Shown: one piece after another, positions 1 to 11,242 of the stretch
Layout: the number at the start of each line of letters is the position of its first letter
Position numbering within the stretch: position 1 is the stretch's first letter
Assembly: GCA_030390025.1 (NCBI GenBank)
Contig: JASTWF010000093.1
Coordinates: forward strand, 992,001-1,056,000
Length of the DNA stretch: 64,000 nt
From: Squalus acanthias
Taxonomy: Eukaryota
Direction: 5' to 3'
Notes under the pieces: model-generated
Told to the model about the DNA's origin: nothing
Database searches by the model: none
Seen by the model: only the letters and a program-made list of their open reading frames with translations
Position numbers and translations under genes: made by a program

Positions 1-1007
1 CCTACACCACCCTTTGTGTAAAGAAATTCCTCCTAAATTCTTTTTTTGATCAGTTAGTGGCTATCTTATATTGATATTCCATTGTTCTTGACTCACCCAC
101 AAGTGGAAGCAATTTTTCCACATCTACCCTATCATAGGAACAGGAGGAGGCCATTCAGCCCATCGAGCCTATTCCGCCATTCAATTCGATCTTGGCTGAT
201 CTGCACCTCAAATCCATTTGCTCCATAATCCTTTAGATGTTTACCGAATAAAAATCTATCAATTTCAGTGTTGAAAATTTCAGTTGACCCAGCATTCACA
301 GTCTTTTGGGAGAACAAGTTCCAGATCCACCACCCTTTGTGTGGAAAAAGTGCTTCCTGATTTCACTCCTAAATGGCCTGGCTCTAAATTTAAGATTGTG
401 CCTCTTGTTCTGGATTCCCCCATCCTCGTGAATCTTTTTTGGCACTTTCTTCAGTGCTTTTTGTAGTGTGGAGACCAGAACTGCACAGAATTCTCCAAGT
501 GTGGTCTAACCAAGGTTCTATCTACATTTAACATTACCCCCCGCCCCTTCTGTATTCTATTCCTCTAGTCCCAGTACTTTGTTCTCTTTATGGCCTCTCC
601 CTGAATTTCTGTCAATGTTGCTCTGCTCCTCTCTAATTCTCTCTGAATTTCTGTAATCCATTCTGCTCTGCTTCCACTGGCTAATTCTTTCTGTCTCTCT
701 CTGAATTTCTGTCTGCTTTTCTCTTTCTTCATGTGTAAGGCATGTACCCAGGAATTCAGGAAGATTTGTGCACAAAACTATTATCAGTTATACAAGAACA
801 AACAGCGGCTTTGTTTACTCTGTTGGAAAAGATGGGGCTGATAACACGATGGTGCGTCCTTCCTGGGAAAATGATGTGTGGCGCCTTCCAAATACCTGAG
901 GTGCTTGGCTTGTGTAAATAAGGTGGTGAGTCAGAGCGGGCTGGGCACCAATACACAAGTTGTGCCCGAGGCTCAATAGCCTCCTGATTTCTTTTTTTAA
1001 TTATAGT

Positions 1008-3314
1008 GGTCATGATGCGGAGATGCCGGTGTTGGACTGGGGTGGACAAAAATGAGAAGTCGCACAACACCAGGTTATAGTCCAACAGTTTTATTTGAAA
1101 CCACAAGCTTTCGGAGCTATCGATCGCCCCTTCCTCAGGTGAAGTAAAGAGATACAGAATCGCCAAAGCATATATAGATAGAGAACAATGCATGTGTTAC
1201 TTACAAAAGCAGACGACTACATTTAAATCACCCTGACTGTTTATCTGCCGAGGTGTGACAAAAGGCAATCAGGTCACATCAAAGACATAGCAAGATACAA
1301 CTGAGACAATGAGGTGGAGCCACAGGGGGTCCAATGTGTCAAAAGCCGCAGTATGGGAAACGATAAACTTTAAAATTTTTACTTTTTTACTGGGAATCAC
1401 ATCTGTTAACAAGCCAACGACGACTCGAGTCTGGATCACGTCATGTATCGTGACATAAACCCAAGATCCCGGTTGAGGCCGTCCTCATGAGTGCGGAACT
1501 TGGCTATCAGTTTCTGCTCGATGATTTTGCGTTGTCGTGTGTTTCTAAGTCCGCCTTGGAGAACGCTTACCCGCAGATCCGAGGCTGAATGTCCTTGACT
1601 GCTGAAGTGTTCCCCGACTGGGAGGGAACACTCCTGCCTGGTGATTGTTGCGCGGTGTCCGTTCATACGTTGTCTCTCAGTGTCTGCATGGTCTCGCCGA
1701 TGTACCATGCCGCGGTGCATTCTTTCCTGCAACATATGAGGTAGACAACGTTGGCCGAGTCACATGAGTATGTACCATGTACCTGGCGGGTAGTGTCCTC
1801 ACGTGTGATGATGGTATCTGTGTTGATGATCTGGCATGTCTTGCAGAGGTTGCCGTGGCAGGGTTGTGTGGTGTCGTGGTCGCTGTTATCCTGAAAGCTG
1901 GGTAATTTGCTGCGAACGATGGTACTTCTGAGGTTAGGCGGCTGTTTGAAGGCAAGTAGTGGAGGCGTGGGGATGGCCTTAGCAAGGTGTTCGTCGTCAT
2001 CGATGACATGTTGGAGGCTGCGAAGAACATGGCGTAGTTTCTCCGCTCCGGGGAAGTACTGGACGACGTAGGGTACCCTGTTGGTTGTGTCCCGTGTTTG
2101 CCTTCTGAGGAGGTCTATGCGATTTTTCGCTGTGGCCCGTCAGAACTGTCGATCGATGAGTCGAGCGTCATATCCCGTTCTTACGAGGGCGTTTTTCAGC
2201 GTCCGTAGGTGTCCATCGCGTTCCTCCTCGTCTGAGCAGATCCTGTGTATTCGCAGGGCTTGTCCATAGGGGATGGCTTTTTTAACGTGGTTAGGGTGGA
2301 AGCTGGAGAAGTGGAGCATCGTGAGGTTGTCCGTGGGCTTGCGGTAGAGTGAAGTGCTGAGGTGTCCGTCTTTGATGGAGATTCGTGTGTCCAGGAATGA
2401 AACCGATTCTGAGGAGTAGTCCATGGTGAGTTTGATGGTGGGATGGAACTTGTTTATGTTATCGTGTAGTCTTTTCAGTGATCCTTCACCATGGGTCCAA
2501 AGGAAGAAAATGTCGTCGATGTATCTGGTGTACAGCGTTGGTTGGAGGTCCTGTGCAGCGAAGAAGTCTTGCTCGAACTTGTGCTTGAAGATGTTGTCGT
2601 ATTGGGGTGCGAATTTGGTCCCCATGGCTGTTCCGTGTGTTTGGGTAAAAAAATGGTTGTCGAAGGTGAAGACATTGTGGTCAAGGATGAAGCGGATGAG
2701 TTGTAGGATGGCGTCTGGAGATTGGCTGTTGTTGGTGTTGAGTACTGAGGCTGTCGCAGCGATGCCGTCATCGTGGGGGATACTGGTGTAGAGTGCCGAT
2801 ACGTCCATCGTGGCGAGGAGTGTTCCTGGTTCAACTGGTCCGTGGGTGCTGAGTTTCTGTAAGAAGTCTGTGGTGTCACGGCAGAAGCTGGGGATTCCCT
2901 GTACGATGGGTTTCAGGATGCCCTCGACGTATCCAAAGAGGTTCTCACACAGGGTTCCGTATCAGGCTTTTGACACGTTAGACCCCCTGTGACTCCACCT
3001 CATTGTCTCAGTTGTATCTTGCTATGTCTTTGATGTGGTAAGTTCCTGGCTGACCTGATTGCCTTTTGTCACACCTCGGCAGATAAACAGTCAGGATGAT
3101 TAAATTTAGTTGTCTGCCATTGTAAGGTACACATGCATTGTTCTCTATCTATATATGCATTGGCGATTCTGTATCTCTTTACTTTACCCGACGAAGGAGC
3201 AGTAACTCCGAAAGCTTGTGATTTCAAATAAAACTGTTGGACTATAACCTGGTGTTGTGCGACTTCTCAATTTTGTCCACCCCAGTCCAACACCGGCATC
3301 TCCGCATCAGGACC
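1008..3314 (-). mobile_element. Penelope-like retroelement family 1, 5'-truncated, with inverted pseudo-LTRs (~1008-1345 and ~2966-3314)
   Basis: RT motifs DVSALYTSI, GTAMG, RYIDD, FLD, LYRKPTD; GIY-YIG endonuclease C-terminus (PVGEHF, EQKLI, GLNRD); terminal inverted repeats of ~340 bp. Confidence 0.9.
1101..1142 (-). ncRNA. Minimal hammerhead ribozyme motif in Penelope pLTR (duplicate at 48473-48514; core-mutated CCGACGA copies at 3184-3221 + and 50556-50593 +)
   Basis: tcac-CTGAGGA-a-ggggc[gatcgata]gctcc-GAAA-gc-TT-gtgg: stem I, core, stem II, GAAA, palindromic mini stem III, UH site. Confidence 0.65.
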
Positions 3315-3707
3315 TGTGAGCAGATTGCCTCTTTACTGTGTGGAACATAGGAACAGGAGGAGGCCATTCAGCCCCTCGAGCCTGTTCCGCCATTCAATGA
3401 GATCATGGCTGATCTGTGACTGAAAATGTTGGTAGTGAGGATCCCAGTGTTTTTCTTTTCCATGATTAGCTGCTGTGAGTTCTACACCATGTATTGTTAG
3501 AAATTGGGATTCATGGAGTTATATCGAGTCTACAGCACAGAAACAGGCCATTCGGCCCAACTGCTCTATGCCGGCTTTTATGCTCCATGCGAGACTCCTC
3601 CCAGCCAGAGGATTTGAAGAAATATATTCATCACTGCGTGAGCAAATGATTGTATGTTGGCCTCAGTCTGTGTTGCTTCAGGAGACAGATTTAACTGCAA
3701 AATGTAT

Positions 3708-6700
3708 TTGGGGTGGGCGCGGCTGCAGTTCCAAGAACAGAGGCTTGGGGGTGGGCGCGGCTGCGGTTCCACGAACCGGGGCTTGGGGGTGGGCGCGGCT
3801 GCAGTTCCACGAACCGGGGCTTGGGGGTGGGCGCGGCTGCAGTTCCACGAACCGGGGCTTGGGGGTGGGCGCGGCTGCAGTTCCACGAACCGGGGCTGGC
3901 GGTGGGTGCCGCTGCAGTTCCACGAACCGGGGCTTGGGGGTGGGCGCGGCTGCGGTTCCACGAACCGGGGCCTGGGGGTGGGTGCGGCTGCGGTTCCACG
4001 AACCGGGGCCTGGGGGGCGGGCGGGTCCGCGGTGCCACGCCGCTGGGCGCGGGGGCGGGCGGGTCCGCGGTGCTATGCCCCGGGGCTTGGGGGCGGGCGG
4101 GTCCGCGGTGCCATGCCACGGAGCGCGGGGGAGGGCGCGGCCGCCGTGCCATGCCCCGGGGTGCGGGAGCGGGCGCGTCCACGGTGCCATGCCCCGGGGG
4201 CGGGCGCGGCCGCAGTGCCATGCCGCGGGGCACGGGGACGGCATGGTGCCATGCCCCGGGGCGCGGGGTCGGGCGCGGCCACAGTGCCATGCCCCGGGGC
4301 GCGGGGGAGGCTGCTGTGCCATGCTCCGGGGCGCGGGAGCGGGCGTGGTGCCATGCCCCGGGGCGCGGGAGCGGGCGCGGCCGCGGTGCCATGCTGAGGG
4401 GGCGGGCGCGGCCGCAGTGCCATGCCGCGGGGCGCGGGGGCGGCCGCGGTGCCATGCCCCGGGGCGCGGGGGCAGGCGCGGCCACAGTGCCATGCCCCGG
4501 GGCGCGGGGGCGGGCGCGTCCGCGGTGCCATGCCCCGGGGCGTGGGGCGGGCGCGGTGCCATGCCCAGGGGCGCGCACGTCCGCGGTGCCATGCCCCGGG
4601 GCGCACGCGGTGCCATGCCCCGGGGCGCGGGGGCGGGCGGGTCCTCGGTGCCATGCCCTGGGGCGTGGGGGCGGGCGCGTCCGCGGTGCCATGCCCCGGG
4701 GCGCGGGGGCGGGCGCGGTGCCATGCCCCGGGGCACGGGGGCGGGTGCGTCCGCGGTGCCATGCCCCGGGGCGCGGGGGCGGCTGCTGTGCCATGCTCCG
4801 GGGCGCGGGAGCGGGCGTGGTGCCATGACCCGGGGCGCGGGAGCGGGCGCGGCCGCGGTGCAATGCCGAGGGGGCGGGCGCGGCCGCAGTGCCATGCCGC
4901 GGGGCGCGGGGGCGGCCGCGGTGCCATGCCCCGGAGCGCGGGGGCGGGCGCGGCCGCAGTGCCATGCCCCGGGGTGCGGGAGCGGGCGCGGCCGCGGTGC
5001 CATGCCCCGGGGGCGGGCGCGGCCGCAGTGCCATGCCGCGGGGCACGGGGACGGCATGGTGCTATGCCCCGGGGCGCGGGGTCGGGCGCGGCCACAGTGC
5101 CATGCCCCGGGGCGCGGGGGCGGGCGCGGCCGCAGTGCCATGCCCTGGGGCGCGGGGGCAGGTGCGGCCGCAGTGCCATGCCCCGTGGCGCGGGGGCGGT
5201 GCCATGCCCCGGGGGCGGGCGCGGCCGTAGTGCCATGCCCCGGGGCGGGCTCGGCCGCAGTGCCATGCCCAGGGGCGCGGGTGCGGTGCCATGCCCCGTG
5301 GCGGGCACGGCCGCAGTGCCATGCCCCGGGGCACGCGGGCGGGCGTGGCCACAGTGCCATGCCCCGGGGCGCGGGGGCTGTGCCATGCCCCGGGGCGCGG
5401 GAGCGGGCGCGGCCGCAGTGCCATGCCCCGGGTGCGCAAGTGCCATGCCGCGGGGGCGGGCGCGGCCGCAGTGCCATGCCCCGCGGGCGGGCGCGGCCGC
5501 AGTGCCATGCCCCGGGAGCGGGCGCAGCCGCAGTGCCATGCCCCGGGTGCGCAAGTGCCATGACCCGGGGGTGGGCGCGGCCGCAGTGCCATGCCCCGGG
5601 GGAGGGCGAGGCCGCAGTGCCATGCCCCGGGGACGGGCGCGGCCGCAGTGCCATGCCCCGGGGCGCGGGCGCGGGGGCGGGCGCGGTGCCATGCCCCGGG
5701 GCACGGGGGCGGGTGCGTCCGCGGTGCCATGCCCCGGGGCGCGGGGGCGGCTGCTGTGCCATGCTCCGGGGCGCGGGAGCGGGCGTGGTGCCATGACCCG
5801 GGGCGCGGGAGCGGGCGCGGCCGCGGTGCAATGCCGAGGGGGCGGGCGCAGCCGCAGTGCCATGCCGCGGGGCGCGGGGGCAGGTGCGGCCGCAGTGCCA
5901 TGCCCCGTGGCGCGGGGGCGGTGCCATGCCCCGGGGCGCGGGAGCGGGCGTGGTGCCATGACCCGGGGCGCGGGAGCGGGCGCGGCCGCGGTGCAATGCC
6001 GAGGGGGCAGGGCGCAGCCGCAGTGCCATGCCGCGGGGCGCGGGGGCAGGTGCGGCCGCAGTGCCATGCCCCGTGGCGCGGGGGCGGTGCCATGCCCCGG
6101 GGGCGGGCGCGGCCGTAGTGCCATGCCCCGGGGCGGGCTCGGCCGCAGTGCCATGCCCAGGGGCGCGGGTGCGGTGCCATGCCCCGTGGCGGGCACGGCC
6201 GCAGTGCCATGCCCCGGGGCACGCGGGCGGGCGTGGCCACAGTGCCATGCCCCGGGGCGCGGGGGCTGTGCCATGCCCCGGGGCGCGGGAGCGGGCGCGG
6301 CCGCAGTGCCATGCCCCGGGTGCGCAAGTGCCATGCCGCGGGGGCGGGCGCGGCCGCAGTGCCATGCCCCACGGGCGGGCGCGGCCGCAGTGCCATGCCC
6401 CGGGAGCGGGCGCAGCCGCAGTGCCATGCCCCGGGTGCGCAAGTGCCATGACCCGGGGGTGGGCGCGGCCGCAGTGCCATGCCCCGGGGGAGGGCGAGGC
6501 CGCAGTGCCATGCCCCGGGGACGGGCGCGGCCGCAGTGCCATGCCCCGGGGCGCGGGCGCGGGGGCGGGCGCGGTGCCATGCCCCGGGGCACGGGGCGGG
6601 TGCGTCCGCGGTGCCATGCCCCGGGGCGCGGGGGCGGCTGCTGTGCCATGCTCCGGGGCGCGGGAGCGGGCGTGGTGCCATGACCCGGGGCGCGGGAGCG

Positions 6701-7752
6701 GGCGCGGCCGCGGTGCAATGCCGAGGGGGCGGGCGCGGCCGCAGTGCCATGCCGCGGGGCGCGGGGGCGGCCGCGGTGCCATGCCCTGGAGTGCGGGGGC
6801 GGGCGCGGCCGCAGTGCCATGCCCCGGGGTGCGGGAGCGGGCGCGGCCGCGGTGCCATGCCCCGGGGGCGGGCGCGGCCGCAGTGCCATGCCGCGGGGCA
6901 CGGGGACGGCCATGGTGCCATGCCCCGGGGCGCGGGGTCGGGCGCGGCCACAGTGCCATGCCCCGGGGCGCGGGGGCGGGCGCGGCCGCAGTGCCATGCC
7001 CTGGGGCGCGGGGGCAGGTGTGGCCGCAGTGCCATGCCCCGTGGCGCGGGGGCGGTGCCATGCCCCGGGGCGCGGGTGCGGGCGCGGCCGTAGTGCCATG
7101 CCCCGGGGCGGGCTCGGCCGCAGTGCCATGCCCAGGGGCGCGGGTGCGGTGCCATGCCCCGTGGCGGGCGCGGCCGCAGTGCCATGCCCCTGGGCACGCG
7201 GGCGGGTGTGTTCACAGTGCCATGCCCCGGGGCACGGGGGCTGTGCCATGCCCCGGGGCGCGGGAGCGGGCGCGGCCGCAGTGCCATGCCCCGGGTGCGC
7301 AAGTGCCATGCCGCGGGGGCGGGCGCGGCCGCAGTGCCATGCCCCGGGAGCGGGCGCAGCCGCAGTGCCATGCCCCGGGTGCGCAAGTGCCATGCCCCGG
7401 GGGTGGGCGCGGCCGCAGTGCCATGCCCCGGGGGAGGGCGAGGCCGCAGTGCCATGCCCCGGGGACGGGCGCGGCCGCAGTGCCATGCCCCGGGGGCGGG
7501 AACGGCCGCAGTACCATGCGCCGGGACCGGGCGCGGCCGCAGTGCCATGCCCCGAGGCGCGGGGGCGAGCGCGGCCGCAGTGCCATGCCCCGGGGCGCGG
7601 GCGCGGCCGCAGTGTCATGCCATGGGGCGCGGGCGCGGGTGCGGCCGCAGTGCCATGCCCTGGGGCACGGTGGCGGCGGCCGCAGTGCCATGCCCCCGGG
7701 CGCGGCCACAGTGCCATGCCCCGGGGCTCGGCCGCAGTTCCATGAACCAGGG
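3708..7752. repeat. GC-rich minisatellite with 38-bp base unit (core GTGCCATGCCCCGGGGCGCGGGGGCGGGCGCGGCCGCA), deletion variants and an 888-bp higher-order duplication
   Basis: Direct reading; identical ORF pairs offset by 888 (5291/6179 and 5591/6479). Confidence 0.97.
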
Positions 7753-7904
7753 CACACGCACACACACCACCCCCCCCACCCCGGGAGAAGGCCCGAAGAC
7801 ATTCACAGTGCAAGTGTTAAACTGAAGGAGGACAGGGTGCTAAAATAACTCAACCAATTCTTGGAGACAATGACAAAAGAACAAAATGGCATTAAAAACA
7901 AAGC

Positions 7905-7910
7905 TTTATT
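7905..7910 (-). promoter_or_regulatory. Polyadenylation signal AATAAA of copy A (also 33498-33503 + for B; 53188-53193 - for C)
   Basis: AATAAA ~270-290 nt after the stop, followed by T-rich sequence, conserved in all three copies. Confidence 0.65.
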
Positions 7911-8178
7911 ACATTAACCTGTCCTGATCCAGCAGAAGATGGACAAAAAAAACACTATTGTATTAAATAAGAGTTTGGAAGTTACAAATGAGAAAAGGGA
8001 CCAATCAGATGGCACTTCTTATTCTGCGTCTTGATATTTAGTAGTGAGGGTTAAGGAGACATGTCCACATTTGCACAAGGCTGCGAATAGCAGAAACCCA
8101 CTATGTTGCGACTGTAAATATCGGTTTTCATGGCTGAAGGGGCAGCGTCCAATCACATGCATTTTCTTGAATGATCCA

Positions 8179-8336
8179 TCACGTAATGCCGTATTCATTT
8201 TGTTTCTCTCCATTTGCCAGTGAAACACGTTTCTTGCACACGGCTATGACTAGAATTACAATTATAAATTCAATAGCAAGGACAGTGACTGCAAGCATCC
8301 AGCGATTTCTTGTAAGAACGTGATCAGTTTTCATTT
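8179..8336 (-). CDS. B7-family/CD276-like gene copy A, exon 4 (TM + tail: EMKTDHVLTRNRWMLAVTVLAIEFIIVILVIAVCKKRVSLANGEKQNEYGIT*); spliced CDS 849 nt, 282 aa
   Basis: Acceptor TTTTTTTTCCCACAG|, phase 1; hydrophobic stretch followed by CKKR stop-transfer; TGA at 8181-8179. Not in the ORF track; translated by hand. Confidence 0.85.
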
Positions 8337-8659
8337 CTGTGGGAAAAAAAAGGAAGAAAACTATTGATCATTACGGCAGTGGTTTCAGTGCTGGTTTGGT
8401 CTTCTATGCTAAATCAGCTAAAAAAAGCCCACACATTTACACAGCGCCTTTCACAACCCCAAAGCGCTTTACAGCCAATGAAGTACTTCAAGTGGTCACT
8501 GTTGTAATGCAGGAAACGCAGCAGTCAATTTGCACACAGCAAGCTCCCACAAACAGTAATTAGATAATGACCAGATAATCTGTTTTTTAAAAGTGATGTT
8601 GGTTGAAGGATAATAATAGTCAGGACACCAGGGAGAACTCCCCTGCTCTTCATAATAGT

Positions 8660-9299
8660 CATGATGCGGAGATGCCGGTGTTGGACTGGGGTGGACAAAA
8701 TTGAGAGGTCGCACAACACCAGGTTATAGTCCAACAGTTTTATTTGAAATCACAAGCTTTCGGAACTATCGCTCCTTCCTCAGGTGAAGTAAATTGGATA
8801 CAGAATCGTCAGAGCATATATAGATGGAAAAAAAAGCATGTGTACTTTACAATTGCAGACCAATAAATTAAATCATCCTGACTATCTGCCGAGGTGTGAT
8901 AAAGTTAATTAAGTCAGCCAGGAAGGTACCACATCAAAAGACATAGCAAGATACAACTGAGACAATGAGGTGAAGTCGCAGGGGTTCTAACGTGTCAAAA
9001 GTTAGAACGTTAGAACCCCTGCGACTTCACCTCATTGTCTCAGTTGTATCTTGCTATGTCTTTTGATGTGGTACCTTCCTGGCTGACTTAATTAACTTTA
9101 TCACACCTCGGCAGATAGTCAGGATGCTTTAATTTATTGGTCTGCAATTGTAAAGTACACATGCTTTTTTTTCCATCTATATATGCTCTGACGATTCTGT
9201 ATCCAATTTACTTCACCTGAGGAAGGAGCGATAGTTCCGAAAGCTTGTGATTTCAAATAAAACTGTTGGACTATAACCTGGTGTTGTGCGACCTCTCAA
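8660..9299. mobile_element. Non-coding Penelope family 1 insertion made of two inverted pLTRs (hairpin), 12-bp TSD CTTCATAATAGT
   Basis: TSD at 8648-8659 and 9300-9311; arms 8701-8993 and 9007-9299; empty site in copy C near 53932-53943. Confidence 0.9.
9213..9250 (+). ncRNA. Minimal hammerhead ribozyme motif (mirror copy at 8750-8787, minus strand)
   Basis: tcac-CTGAGGA-a-ggagc[gata]gttcc-GAAA-gc-TT-gtga. Confidence 0.7.
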
Positions 9300-9575
9300 C
9301 TTCATAATAGTGCCATGGGATCTTTTACATCCACCTGAGAGCAGACAGGGCCTCTGTTTAACATCTCATCTGAAAGGCGGCACCTCCGACAGTGCAGCAC
9401 TCCCTCAGTATTGTGCTGGAGTGTCAGCCTAGATTTTTGTGCTCAAGTCTCTGGAGTTGGGCTTGAACCCACGACCTTCTACCACTGATGCATGGCTGAC
9501 ACCTAAAGAGAGATATTAGGCAGGGTGACTAAAAGCTTGGTCAAAGAGGTGGATTTTAAGGAAAGTTTTAAAAAG

Positions 9576-9613
<38 letters not shown>
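9576..9613. repeat. (AG)n microsatellite (also ~54208-54247; not expanded in the right arm near 32307)
   Basis: Direct reading. Confidence 0.9.
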
Positions 9614-10369
9614 GTTTAGGGAGGGAATTCTGGAGCGCAAGCTATAGATGGCTGCCAGTGGCAGTAGGGAATTCACAAGATGCCAGAGTTTGAACAATTC
9701 AGGGGTCTCAGAGGGTTGTAGGGCTAGAGAAGTGTACAGAGATAAGGAGGGATGAGGCCACAAAGGGACTTAACCACAAGGATAAGAATTTTTAATTTGA
9801 GGCGTTGGTAACCAGGTGCTAATGTAGGCCAGCGAGCACAGGGGGAGGGTTAGCAGATCGTAGTGCAGGATAGGAGAAGGGCAGCAGAGATTTGGATGAG
9901 CAGAAGTTTACATAGCGTGGAGGGTACAATACAGCATAGAGAGAACTTCTTATATCCTCTCCAAGGAGCGAAGGAGACATTAAGGAGAGTCTTCCCAAAT
10001 ATGGGAGCAGAATCCAAGTCACAAAAGGACTCGAGCTATAGAGAGTTAAAGGTATTTGGTAAGAAGTGTTTGGCACAAACGAGGAAACAGCTTTTGAGCA
10101 GCCGAGCAATGCAGCAGCTCCATTTGTGGTCTTGGGAGATAGTGAGGCCAAGAACATTGATAAGTCAAGAGAAGTGTAGGCCCATGAAAGTTAAAAAGGT
10201 GCAGCGGTTTATACTTGTGGAACCAGAAAGAAACTGGAACAGAAGTTTCTGAAGAACTGAAAGAAGATTTCCTATACTTCAAATGGCATGGAGATCAAGA
10301 TGTCGTGATTCAGCATTGTATCGCAAGACAACTGGAGGTTATGAGTACTGAGTGTAGGACACAACTTAC

Positions 10370-10654
10370 CTACAGAAAGACCAAATGTTCGAGAAACTGA
10401 TTGGTGTAGAACATCATTTCTTAATCTGAATGTGTAGTTAGAACTCCTATTGGTGTCATTGATTTGCAAAATACTCTGCAGGGAGTATAGACCATCTCCA
10501 CTTTGTTGGTACGAAGTCTCAGACAGTGAAGAAATATCCTCATTTTCTTCATTGTACCAGGAAACAGTAGCCTCAGGGTAACCTTGGGACTCGAATCTGA
10601 ACACTGTCCCGGATGGTGTTAACTGAATAAAAAAGTCAGGTTCCTTGTAGTATG
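10370..10654 (-). CDS. B7-family/CD276-like gene copy A, exon 3 (IgC-like domain, cysteine-free)
   Basis: Acceptor TTTTTAATCTACAG|, donor GTAG|GTAAGT, 285 nt. YYKEP, GYPEATVSW, GLYSLQSIL, RNDVLHQ parallel CD276 YSKP, GYPEAEVFW, GLFDVHSIL, RNPVLQQ. Confidence 0.9.
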
Positions 10655-11242
10655 CTGTAGATTAAAAAAAGGGTCATTAGAAACAAGAAATAAACGTGAT
10701 AAAAATAATGCCAACTAGGAATTTTGTTCCAGTTAATAACTAATTGAATAATGCAATAAAAGCTTTAAATGATCAAAAACAACAAATCCAAGTACAAACA
10801 GAATAGTAGATATTGCTGTTTGTGATCAATTTGGAGATATTCAAATCATTGTACCAAGTGATCAAATTGAAGGTGAAAATCCCACAATATCCTGCTGGCA
10901 GCTGTTCAGCCAAAATCATACGTAACCCTTGATGGTAAATATCAGTGGGCTTTTCACCTGCGAGGCCATCACAGTTCAGCCCGATCCTGGAGCCGTCCAC
11001 AGTCAGGGCTTGCTGAATAGCAAACGGGAGTGCCAACCCTAACCGAGGTGTGTCGATTGCACCAATAGCACTGTCCCAGCGGAGAGGAGCTAAACCAGCA
11101 CAATCTGGGTATCAAACCTGGTCTGTATGGCTCAGGCACTCAATGGTGAGACTCACTGAGCCATCAGGGGAGGCCAAGAAGCATGACTTTAATTATTCAG
11201 AACTGACTGAGAACAAAAATGAAAACTGAAAGAAGCATGTAC

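Larger units (their letters stand above)
8432..9502 (-). mobile_element. Deu-domain SINE in intron 3 (interrupted by the Penelope hairpin); paralogs at 32400-32820 (+) and 53715-54135 (-); further partial copies at ~18583-18905, 25075-25395, 40795-41020 and 45650-45860
   Basis: Same core sequence recurring across the window. Confidence 0.75.

Noticed and set aside
3475-7848. Very long Arg/Gly/Pro/Ala-rich ORFs (up to 1246 aa) in all six frames; likewise 50847-53131
   Set aside because: Artifact of a stop-free GC-rich minisatellite; open on both strands, with array length differing two-fold between duplicates
8179-8200. ITIM/ITSM in the tail NEYGIT
   Set aside because: Does not fit (I/V/L/S)xYxx(L/V/I) or TxYxx(V/I)
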